Shown: piece after piece, positions 51,360-62,790 of the stretch
Layout of the letters: every line of letters begins with the position of its first letter
How positions within the stretch are numbered: the first letter of the stretch is position 1
From: Setoptus koraiensis
Taxonomy: Eukaryota; Animalia; Arthropoda
DNA length: 64,000 nucleotides
Reading direction: 5' to 3'
NCBI GenBank assembly: GCA_048013815.1
Contig: CM106585.1
Location: 372,001 to 436,000, forward strand
Notes under the pieces: generated by a model
What the model was told of the DNA's origin: nothing
What the model saw: the letters and a program-made list of their open reading frames with translations, nothing else
The model's database searches: none
Position numbers and translations under genes: made by a program

Positions 51360-52884
51360 GAGTCACCCGTTTTATTATTTTGTAAAATAATCGTTTGTAC
51401 AAACGTTTGTATAAACTAATAATACTATCAACCTCTAGTTCAATATGATGACACTTGAGCGCGCTCGGGTCACATAATAATGCACACACTAACCTGGAAG
51501 TGTCTCGTTAAATGCCGCTATAGTGTTGTTATCCTTTTTTTCAATAAATTAGCAATATCAATACAGCCGGTCGATGAATATTCTGACTTTGGTGGGAACG
51601 CTGTTAAGCTATATGAACCAACAGTGGTACACAGCAAGCACCCTAGCGTGATTTTTGTCAACTACTCTAAAAGCTTTTGGTAGGCTCACATAGCGAAAAC
51701 ACACACATGCGTGTCATGCACACTCGCAATGTTGGGCCGTCCAACAACTCACAACTTGAGCAGAATAATCACTCAATCAGAAAGCATGCTAAGCGTCTCA
51801 CCTTGTTAGCAAGATGGTGGTGCTGAAATTCTCGAATGGTCTCAATATTTCTGGATAGATCATTGACAAGTGTGAGATATATTGATGACATGCTGGAATC
51901 GATACAACACAAACAACATGCAACCTTGGAGGAGTCAGTAGAAAAGTCCTAATGGATCTATAAATTTGTTGCCTTCGAAATAGATAGACAAGCTGGTTCT
52001 ACAGCTTACGAAAGCTATAGAAACAATCTAGAATATTTAATTTATCGACAATGTGACACACTAGCGGGACCATCGTGAATAACGGACATTGTTGTAGCCA
52101 CTATAAGCTTGACTTGATCGTTGTCATGTGACTCATATAATTAACGCGCTTATCTGCCTTCATTTATGACAGTGAGAAATACAGAGTATCAGTTCCGCCA
52201 AGCTAACTGATTGAACAATCTGTGGTCGATAAGACCATCCAACTTGTAATATATTCAGATGTTTTTTGATCTAATCAAATGATCAGAATCAGATGGGAAT
52301 TGTGCTTCTTGGGTCGTTATCTAGATGGTGTTAACTTTTTTTATGCAAACAGGTTTTTAAGCAACTTCTATGTGATCTTCCAAGATATGCCATTCTTGAT
52401 GCACTGTTCAACTTGCTTGGATCTTACCGTCTGCCAGCTGGCTTTCGCTCAAACACTCCTAGCAAGACGAAATGAGTAAAGATAGTTTCGAACAGGACTA
52501 CCGAGTGTCCAGTTCGATCACGAGACGAAGGTCCAAGAGCACCACCGTAGCACATCACCATAGAAAATCAGCTGAAAAAAAAATGCACTGTGGTAGACAG
52601 TGTAGCATAAACTGTCGCTTGATCCTGACACCTCATACAAGTTGTATGATACAACAACATACAGTTGTGTAGTTATAGTTGCTCATCGCACTTACATACA
52701 TTGTCTGATTGTTTCGTTTGCTCTTGAATATAGCATAATTTCTTATTTGACTACCAATAGACAATGCATATCACTAGGACATTAGTCTATTTTAGAATTC
52801 AACAGAAAATATAAAATAAAGAACCCATTGGTTAACCTGAGAAAAATTTAGAACACCTGTGGAATACATTTACAGCCTCAAGAG

Positions 52885-54248
52885 ATGGCCCTCAAAGGAC
52901 TGAAAGTCATCGAATTGGCTGGTTTAGCTCCTGGTCCATTTTGTGGGATGATACTTAGCGATTTTGGCGCTGACGTAATAAGGGTAGAGAAAGTTAGTAC
53001 CTAAAACAGACATCAATGAATTCTTGCTTCCGTGCATGGTACTTTCATAATTCATACTGACGATCACCATAATAACGATGAATTACTCGCCGCTCTATAT
53101 GTAGCCTTTAGAAGGAGAACTGGACCAACTTAAGCGAGGTAAAAGGATAGTATGTATCGATTTGAAAAATGCAGCGGGCAAGATGGTTTTCAAGAGATTG
53201 TGCTCAAGTGCCGATATTCTCATCGAACCATTTCGACCCATGGTCATGGAAAAACTCGGATTGGCTCCTGACGTGATGATGCCATTAAATAAACGTCTCA
53301 TTTATGCCAGACTATCTGGTTTTGGTCAGAATGGTAAGTTGTAAGCGCTGACGAAAAGAAGATTAGCATGATAGAATATGATCGACTCATAGACTAAACT
53401 GTTTGTTTCGCACTCTTACATGATTGCCCACTGCAGGATACTATGCAAACAGGGCTGGCCATGATCTCAACTATTTGGCGATATCAGGTGTACTTTCTTT
53501 GATCACCAGAAACGGTAGACCAACAGCACCCATCAACATGTTAGCAGACTTCGCCGGTGGTGGTCTAATGTGTGCCTTTGGTATCTTGGTGGCTTTGCAT
53601 GAGCGAAATGAGTCCGGAATGGGTCAAGTTATTGATTGTAGTATGGTCGAAGGAGTTAGATATATATCCTCTTATATGTGGCACACTCACAAACCAGATT
53701 CAACAGTGAACAGTATAATTTGGCCCAACAAAGGTAAAACGGAAGCAAATTTACTAGATGGTGGCTGCCCATTCTATGATGTCTACAAGACCAAAGATAA
53801 CAGGTGGCTATCTGTCGCTGCGTTGGAGCCACAATTTTACCGAAGTTTTCTCAATGAACTGGGACTCAATTTTGTTGATTATGAACAGTCAAACATTGAA
53901 AGTTGGCCTCTATACAGGGCCAAGTTCTCTGAGATTTTCGCCACAAAAAATCTCGCCGAATGGATAAAATTGTTTTCAAGAAGCAACAATTCTTGCGTGG
54001 AACCAATACTGCATATTAACGAGGTCGAGGAACATGATAAAATTAACATTAGACCGTCCTTCTTAGAGGATCGCACACCAAGGCCGGCACCACTACTCAG
54101 CAGAACACCCGCCCGGCCAAACTTGCTTGAGCCTGATCAGGGCGATCATACAACAGAGGTACTGAAAGAATTTGGTTTTGCAAACACCGAAATCAATAAG
54201 TTGTTCGAAGAAAGAGCCATCGGTTTTGGCCTAAGAAACAAGCTTTAA
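52885..54248 (+). CDS. AMACR: Alpha-methylacyl-CoA racemase (CoA-transferase family III); exons 52885-52992, 53105-53333, 53437-54248
   Basis: [117 protein letters not shown]. Confidence 0.96.
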
Positions 54249-54593
54249 TGTCGAATGAATAAAAAGAGAATGAAAAATCATGGCTGCAGGTGATCAATAT
54301 GTCAGATAACAATGACAATATAAAGATAATTGAAAATTAGACCCACGCAATCATCGTTCAATATTTCTGCGATGGCGTTGGCAACCATGCTGATCGGCAG
54401 GAATATCTCGTCCTCATTGGAGTTGATAGTTTATTCAAAGTTTTGATTTTTATTCAAAGTAAGCCCTCGGGAATCCTGGTAGTTGAACAATCTATCCATG
54501 GTCAGTAGATAGAAACAGCTAGACCAAATAATATGCTTTTTTTGTCTATTCATTTTAATTAAATGAGCACATCGAGAATCAGCATCGAGAATT

Positions 54594-57500
54594 ATGATTG
54601 GCAAATTTACCTTAGTGATTATAATATTTTATGGGTTGATTAACAAAAATGAATTAATTTGTGCCTCAGATAAAGTAGACAGCGATGATATCAGCAAACT
54701 ATTTTCAGTTCCATTCTCCACCAATGTGGAAGTTACATCTCAAATCATTGAAACCAACCTAGAAATAAAGCTAGTATCGAGGACAAGCATTAATGAATTT
54801 TATAGTACTAGTTTATCAGCGGCAAAAGTCTATATAAACAAAATTAATAATGATGGTCTAGGTGAACATGCTGGACGGGTATTCATGCATTTCGAGGACA
54901 CAATTGAGTTGACCAAAGATACACCAACCAGATCACATTGTCAGATATCTAATCAATTCAGTGTCAGTGAACATGTTTATGGTTACGATCCGAGTATATC
55001 GTACTATGATACCTGCGACAACGGGAAACAACCTAAATATGTTATCGGGCCCTCAAATTTATTAGGTCTAATAGATTGCCATAGAGAGAAGTTTAAATTG
55101 GTGCAGGGATCTCAGAACATAGTGAAGAAGCGCAATTTACCAGTTCTTGTCTATGAAGCTAGATTAGAGCCTAAGATGGATGCTGCAAAATTCAAAATAC
55201 CATTGATTATTCGCGTTTATATCGACTCAACCTCGTTATTCAAATCAACAGCTACAAAACTTCCTGATGGACTACCTGTTAGTGAGTTGCCACTGAGCAT
55301 TGAAATGGTGTCACCTTTGACATGGGATAACCACAACCAGATTTCCAATGGATTCGCCTACGATGAGTGCCTATCGCAAATATTCAAGATAGCTTGTCGC
55401 AAAGTTCAAGTGGATTTCTATCGGATTGAAAAAATATCTGAATTGGATCTGATTGACGGCGAAAGCAAGTCGATATTTTCAATGCCGTTAGGTTCTGGAT
55501 GTAGCGATACGCTCCATTCGAGATCTCTTGGGCGTAAATGGAAAATAAAGAACATGTCAGAGTTTAGTTTTGAGGCAATCGCAATGACTGGAACAAACCC
55601 ACAAACTCCTATCAGGTACAAGGTGGCCTATGACGGTGTTAGCAAGATAATGCGACGCGACGTGACTGACATACGGCATGGAAAAGATCTTGTCAGTAGT
55701 ACAATATACGACGGTCGTGGCTGGTTAAAGTATAATCAATTTAAATCTTCGTTGGGCGACACAATATCCAATATTAATGGCAATAATGAAGAGGGTAAGA
55801 TGACGATACAGCCAGTTTATTTTCAAAAATGTGTTGCATCATCCTTGAGCGGTAAAGAGGCTAAATTGTTTGACAACACTGATTTCATGTTGGATATTGA
55901 TGGTGCCACTTTTATGGGCGTAGCAATGATTCGTGGCGTGTTGTGTAATGTATATGAAAAGAAACTAGATCAGTACCCCACATGGATAGTGTCGGTGGAA
56001 GACCAAGAGTCGATGAATTTTCCGGACACTGAACGACGACTGTACGCTGTTTATTATGAGGCAAATTTAGACGAATTTGCGGGAAAAATAATGCGCATAT
56101 CAGTAATGAGCTTACTCCGAGATAAAACAGATAAAAGGGACATAGAAATTTATTCGTTTAGTTGGTCGTTGCATAGTTTTGATGGCCAGGCAAGCATCAA
56201 CGATCTGTTTGACATATCTCAATGCTTAGAGAAAGATCGTCACGTCAAAGTTGCCATGTTGTTCCATCCAAAACCTGGCTTAAATTTGCAAGACTACGAC
56301 TACCTATCCGGAGGACAGTTAAATAATGAGCTAACTAGAGACAATGCTCTGCTCAAAACAATTTGCCATACTCTAAATGTGCCCAGGCCCCAGATAGTAG
56401 ATGCCAGATCTAAATTGGCCCATGGCTCTATAGTGCTCACGATGACATTAATTGATTTGCCAGGCGAAGATATATCTACTCAGTTGGAGGAGCATGCTTT
56501 TGATATGTCGACGAGAAGATACGGAAAGTTTGAACAAGGCATATATGCTCACACTCAAGAGGGATGTAAATGGTGGGCGATGCATGATACAAATGCCAGA
56601 AGCTTCATGTATTGTCCATTTACAGCCCATTGTTTGATTGAGTCACAATATGAACCATGGCCTAGGCAAATGGAAAAAGGTACGGGTAGTCCGGTTCGAT
56701 TTAATCCGTTGGGTACATGCACTGTGTTTACCGTAAAACGAGCAACAAGGGGTAGTCGTTTTATATATAACAGTGCCCATTATGATCCGGAAATGTTTGC
56801 CACAATAGACCAACAATTAAAACTGTACAAACAAAACTATGAGCTGACATTCCACGTCATACCAAAATCAAACAAATCAGTGGATGGGCCCAAACAAGAT
56901 GATGGCGCTGTGGAAAGTGTGACAGACAAAAAAGAGATTTTGACTTTCAAATTGGACAATCTCAAAGTCACAAAAGCATACAAAAGCGGAGACGACGAGA
57001 CAGGCGAATCGAGAGCAAGCCTGCAGGGCCTAGGTCATATAATGTCTGATGAATTGGGCAATAAGCAGGCTCAAATAACGGGCATATCCGGGATAAGTCA
57101 CAATCTGGTCAGTTGCCATCAGGCTTGTCTAGTTGATGTCGAATGTCAGTCATTCTCTATGTGTCGTCAACGAGGCCAATTCAACTGCATATTATCTCGG
57201 CAAAATTTAACAAATTCCGAAACATTGACCAGTTTGCTTTACAATAAAGATCTGTTATCTGATGGGGACATCATCGAGGTTACGGGCAGCGAAAATCAGC
57301 AAACTGTTACGCGTTCGGAAATTGGCGAATCTGGAGGCCAAGAGGAAAAATCGTCAAAGTTCAAGTTGCGCGTTGATAAATATTGTAACATTTACAATAG
57401 GCAAAATTTGAGATCATTCCAATGGGTCGAAAACAGGAAGACCACTGTGCCAGTGAGTGAAGATCGTCTTATTGTGGAAACAGTTGAGGATTGCGCCAGA

Positions 57501-58319
57501 ATGTGTCTAGATAGAGCGCGTAATTACAAGTTAAACGGTGGCAACGTCAGAGACTCTCTGACATCAAGGATCCAAAGTGATCCAACTGGCACAAAAGATC
57601 TACCATGGATGGCCACTTGTATTGCATTTGATTACAGTGAGGAATATAAAATTTGTAACCTCTATCCATCAAGGACACACGCAACCTACGATGAGTGGAA
57701 ACAAGAAAATAAGCAACGAAAATCATTGGGCCCAATGAGAGATGTTTATCAGGATTATTACACATTAAGGATGATCAATTTGTATGATGGAACATTCGGT
57801 TATCGTCTTGAGAATAGTGAAGACAGATATGTTATTTATATGGGCCTTAGTGCCGAAGAATGTGCCCGACGTTGTTTTATGAATGTCAACATTAAATGCA
57901 GATCGTTTGATATGATTGTCATGAATGAGGCCGCTTGGGGCCAAAGAATGTACAAATGTCAACTAAACAAGGTGTCATTGAGCGATTATGACGCAGATCA
58001 CGAAAAGAACTCACTAGTGAACGATGACCATAAAATAAAATCTTGGCATTATGAGCCTAATTGGATGGCCTCGCTATATATGAATGTTAATTATGACAAG
58101 CAACAAGACGACTTAGATACAGCCGACAATTTGAATGATGATGGCGAAGAAATCACGTCCAATTCAAGCACTCATGTATATCTAAGCGTGTTTATATTAT
58201 TTGTGATAGCTATTGGTGGCCTCTGTATCGGGTTCACAGTGACACGATTTTATTTCGAATTTACGCAAGATGATTCGTTGCAAATGTCAACTCGGTCTCA
58301 TGAAAGGTTAAAAGGTTGA
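54594..58319 (+). CDS. Uncharacterised type-I membrane protein: signal peptide, large N-terminal region (possibly ependymin/LolA-like), 3-4 PAN/apple domains, TM helix; intronless
   Basis: N-terminal hydrophobic signal. PAN patterns SCHQACLVDVECQSFSMC...CIL, DCARMC...CIAFDY..YKICNLY and ECARRCFMNVNIKCRSFD...CQL. TM VYLSVFILFVIAIGGLCIGFTV and a short tail. Confidence 0.85.
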   Translation: MIGKFTLVIIIFYGLINKNELICASDKVDSDDISKLFSVPFSTNVEVTSQIIETNLEIKLVSRTSINEFYSTSLSAAKVYINKINNDGLGEHAGRVFMHFEDTIELTKDTPTRSHCQISNQFSVSEHVYGYDPSISYYDTCDNGKQPKYVIGPSNLLGLIDCHREKFKLVQGSQNIVKKRNLPVLVYEARLEPKMDAAKFKIPLIIRVYIDSTSLFKSTATKLPDGLPVSELPLSIEMVSPLTWDNHNQISNGFAYDECLSQIFKIACRKVQVDFYRIEKISELDLIDGESKSIFSMPLGSGCSDTLHSRSLGRKWKIKNMSEFSFEAIAMTGTNPQTPIRYKVAYDGVSKIMRRDVTDIRHGKDLVSSTIYDGRGWLKYNQFKSSLGDTISNINGNNEEGKMTIQPVYFQKCVASSLSGKEAKLFDNTDFMLDIDGATFMGVAMIRGVLCNVYEKKLDQYPTWIVSVEDQESMNFPDTERRLYAVYYEANLDEFAGKIMRISVMSLLRDKTDKRDIEIYSFSWSLHSFDGQASINDLFDISQCLEKDRHVKVAMLFHPKPGLNLQDYDYLSGGQLNNELTRDNALLKTICHTLNVPRPQIVDARSKLAHGSIVLTMTLIDLPGEDISTQLEEHAFDMSTRRYGKFEQGIYAHTQEGCKWWAMHDTNARSFMYCPFTAHCLIESQYEPWPRQMEKGTGSPVRFNPLGTCTVFTVKRATRGSRFIYNSAHYDPEMFATIDQQLKLYKQNYELTFHVIPKSNKSVDGPKQDDGAVESVTDKKEILTFKLDNLKVTKAYKSGDDETGESRASLQGLGHIMSDELGNKQAQITGISGISHNLVSCHQACLVDVECQSFSMCRQRGQFNCILSRQNLTNSETLTSLLYNKDLLSDGDIIEVTGSENQQTVTRSEIGESGGQEEKSSKFKLRVDKYCNIYNRQNLRSFQWVENRKTTVPVSEDRLIVETVEDCARMCLDRARNYKLNGGNVRDSLTSRIQSDPTGTKDLPWMATCIAFDYSEEYKICNLYPSRTHATYDEWKQENKQRKSLGPMRDVYQDYYTLRMINLYDGTFGYRLENSEDRYVIYMGLSAEECARRCFMNVNIKCRSFDMIVMNEAAWGQRMYKCQLNKVSLSDYDADHEKNSLVNDDHKIKSWHYEPNWMASLYMNVNYDKQQDDLDTADNLNDDGEEITSNSSTHVYLSVFILFVIAIGGLCIGFTVTRFYFEFTQDDSLQMSTRSHERLKG

Positions 58320-61300
58320 ATCATTGAAGACCATCACATATCACCGAGCTAATCAGGCATTAGCCTAATGATATAATAAATGTTTATACATGCGCTAATT
58401 GAGTGCATTAGTTTTCTAATGAGCCACCACTACTAAATTAGTAAGTAATTAGTTTCGTGTGCCAAAAAAAACTTCTCACCTACTAAGCTTCATTATGTCA
58501 CTTGTTGGTTGATGTATTGCTGTGTGCTAATATTCAAGCACAATAATAATAATAATAATACCATCAATAAAAAATATATGTACAGCAGTGAGTTTGCTAT
58601 GTTACGTAAGAGTTGGCCTTGGCACTAAAGATTAACAGTAAACCCTAAATAAATCCTCACCTGACTTGTTTGACTAACAGCGCCATTGGTGAGCTTTTGA
58701 TTGATTGATTTTGTGGCTGACGAAATCATGACACCACATGTATGGCTGACTAATAGCTGTTAGTTATAAACAATTGTTTGAGCCCTGTATTGGGCCCACT
58801 GTAATGGCATTTAACGCGCTCAATTGCACTCTATTGATAGCCATGGTCAACATACAAACGAATAGTTTATACTTTATTACTGATGGCAAGTTTAAGTTGG
58901 CTATTTGGTGGGTATGGCAATGTTGAGCCATTGGCAGTGTTGAGCGAAGAAAGAGATATGTCATGGTGTTTGGATGTCATAAACTATGACACTATCACGA
59001 TGATCTGGCTGTTTGTGTGGATAAACATGAACTTTAAACACAAACAAATCAAGAGCGCTTGTTTATGCTTGAAACTGTGTGCTGTTTATAATATTGTGTG
59101 ACCATAAGTCACAATTCTGCAACTAACGGACACTAGCATAACATGAACTACATTAATCATGAATTGCTTATTTTGAGTAGTAACTTATGAGTTGTTATCG
59201 ACGGCGTTGCCATTATTTGCAATGATTGGTGATAACAGTTTAAATATAAACTTAAATTTTTCAGCCTGTTGCGATATCGCGTTCATTGGCTCGCTTTTGG
59301 TTCCGGCCTGGCGATATTAGATCAAGTTTCACAAGTTGTGTGATCAGATCACAACAGCGACAACAACGACAACCACGACAACAACGACAGTTACATGCAT
59401 TTTACTCGCACAGGTGATACTTGCAGCACTGCCGCATACAACGACTGCATGATGGATGGCCTGCATTCACCTGTTGTACGTTTGTTTATCATGTCGGGGT
59501 CATTAGACCTTGGCTTACATGCTAATTGATCGCACACTGCTCAGTTTCGCACAGTTTCTCTAGTTGGTTGGCAGATAAACTCACAAGTCAGATATATATA
59601 TAGGCAGATAAATAACGCCGCGGGGCCGATGTGTGATAGCGGCAGTATGAGTGTGATTTGTTCAACCTGAGCCGTTGGTCGCCGGCTCAACAGGTAGCCG
59701 CCAATTGATGACCAGTGATGCATCAGTGGTGATTTGTGTATGCAATCGCCAATGCACTACCGTGTGGCCAAGCCGCAATGCCATGTTACGTAACATATAC
59801 GAGGGGCAGACCCACAGCGCTTGCGTTATCGGCGTTTGTATTTGATTGAAGTGGCCACTAGCCAACTTGTACTCTCCGTCATGAATGCAGCCTCCCTCGG
59901 TCTCTCTCTCTCTCTCTCTCTCCCTATCTCTATCTCTCTGGCTGCGTCTCGGAAAAACAGAGTTCAACTCACAGCCAATACAATGGCCGCAGCCGAGTTA
60001 GACATCGCCGGCATCTATCATCATTTCCATATGATTATCTGCCGATTCGCATTCGCCAGCGCATTCGCAATCGCATTCACACTAACACAAGACGGATAAC
60101 CGTTTATTAGTCGGTGGCTCCATTTCGGGCTGCTAACTCCGCCGCCTGAGCCCGCTGTGTGAGAGAGAGATCTCTTCATTCACTTGATATCTCTCTTTAT
60201 CGGCTTCTTTTTCCTACTTGTAATTCTTACATATACTCTCGTCATTAATCGCTATCTATCTTTGCTTTGTGTGCGTCGTGAAATAAACATTTGAAATCTG
60301 TGAAATAGTTGCCGCTAGTTGCAGTGCCGGCAATGGCACTAGTTGACCTGTTATGTAACATGTATCAAGTGAACAGCGCGCCAGATAGAGGCGAGTCACG
60401 AAGCAGCATTTCGTCAGCGCAAACAAACATTGTGCCAACTTGTGCCGACTTACCTGGCCCAAACTCATTACGCAAGCATCACTGGGCCACTGACGATTGT
60501 TGCCGATTGACGGCTGCCGATTGGCGATTGGCTATTGGCCAGTGGCGATTGCAGCACAAGCGCTTCGTCAATAAATAATAATAATGATAATAGATAATTG
60601 GCCGTCACATCATTATCATTGAAATCATGTGTTAGTCGACAAGTTAGTCTGTCCGTTGTTCGGCCCATTTGACGACGATAAACAAGTGTATTTAGTGTTG
60701 CTGTTGTTGTTGTCGTACATATCTGGTTGGGCCGTTCTCACTGCGCGTTCTCCTCTCTTTTTGCCCGCCCGCCCGCCTGCCCGCTCGCAATATTAGCCCG
60801 ATATTAGCTTATGTATCAGCTAAACATCATCGTCTGATCGCCGGACTCTCACGTTGTTATTGTTGTTGTCGGTTTGAGTCACGACGATTGCTATCACGAC
60901 CAACATGATGTGATATCATCATGTTTTGAATCACATTAGTATCAACACAACGTTTGCAACGACAACAACGACAACAACGACAACAACAACAACCGGCACC
61001 AACGTCAACGGCGAAAGATGCAAATGGCAACTTCCACTAATGCAGCTTAAATCACAACAATACACACAATAGTTGATAGTTGCCAGCACAGTAATTAATC
61101 CCCGGTGATATAACGATCATCCAGTGTGATACTGCTACTAATCGCTATCACGATGCCGGCACCTACATGATGATTGCTCATCCATATTAGGACACAAAAG
61201 CCGGTATTGACTGTCATTATTATCGCTTGTAGTTGCAGTGGCCATTACCTGCCACTACCTGTAATAGTGTGCACTGTTGTAGTAACAAATAACAAATAAC

Positions 61301-62790
61301 AATTAGCATAATTCATAATTACGCATGATCATAAAATTGCAACAATAGTCATCTAACTAAATTATTATATAACATCATCTTTACACGAATATCATCATAT
61401 TTTGCCTAATCCAATACAGCCTGATATTGCCATAGCACACCAAAAGTGAGTGCTAACAAAAACAACAACAACAACAGACAGTTTGCAACAACGACCGACA
61501 GTTTGAAACAGCGACAACCCAGAGTTTGCAACCACAACAACAAACCTGTCGAATGAATCAGCCGCATTTAGGAAAGACCACCAGTGGTGTAGGTATCACT
61601 CTCATTGTCAGCTGCTAAATAGAGCTGTCTTCGTGGATAGTCGCTCGTATCGTACACAGTGGCTGTAGCAATAATAATTGCTTGTGGGATTGTAGTAGCT
61701 AATTGTATAATTATATCACTGGTGTCAGTGGCCCGAGTGGAGTTGTTGTATTGGCGACGATCAGCACCAAATCACATGCAACAACAGCAGCAACAACATA
61801 AACAAGAAATTTAAATGATGCTCCAATGTCGCGACCACAACATGTGACTATCTGCGTTTGAGTGCGGTGATCATCTAAATTGTCGCAGTGTCGTTGTTTG
61901 TTTGTTGACACATTGTTCAAAACTAAACTTTATTTCACCAAGATCGATTTGTGATATTGCAGTCAAGATCGCTGTAATGCGAAAATTTCGGCCGCCGCCA
62001 ATTTCGAATCGTTAGAATAGTCACTATTCAATAGTTAAGGAAAGACCCAAAAGTGAATTGTCCCGAAAACAACTACAGAGCACGCGCTGTAACCAGATCA
62101 GCAGTGGTGCCAGCAACTTGTGAGACACTTATTTTAACCGACAAACAATAGGCGATTTTACAGCCACTTGTTGTTGTTAGTGGCTAGACAACCGCTCACT
62201 GAAATTGTACCGATCGCAACAACTGTGGCGTCAATTGAAGCGATAACAGACACACTTTATTTCAATTTTATTATCATCATCTCTCCATAAGTCTCACCAT
62301 TTACCGTGTTTGTAGTGGTCGCCGTCAAGTGACACAGTTGTCAGTGGTGGCGGTCGTTGAATGAGAAGGAGATCAAGCAGTGCTTGTCTTATCACTATCA
62401 AGACTCCTGTAAATGAGCAAGAGAGCGAGAGAGAGAGAGAGAGAGAGAGCAACTAAAGCAACTAAAACTTTATTTTAAGAGCTGATCTAATTTTATCATT
62501 TGTGAGTGTGTCCACTCACTAATTTAATCATTACACACTCGCACACAGCAAAAACGGCCACACTCTTCACCTTAGTCACCATCTCAGCTGGCCGGTCAGT
62601 TAGCTTGCCAGCCAACAAACTGTAGACTGTATAGTATAGAGTGTAGAGTCTAGAGAAGCACACATCTAATCTTATTTTAATCATACAGTAGTCGTGAAAT
62701 AGAAAAGCCCATACATCTAGGACACACAACAACAATTGCCATTACCATCATCATCACCATCACATAGATTTCATTGCATACTAAAGAACC

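Noticed and set aside
50641-51361. Mirror-image ORFs on both strands
   Set aside because: A by-product of the inverted repeat; no similarity to transposases or other known proteins.
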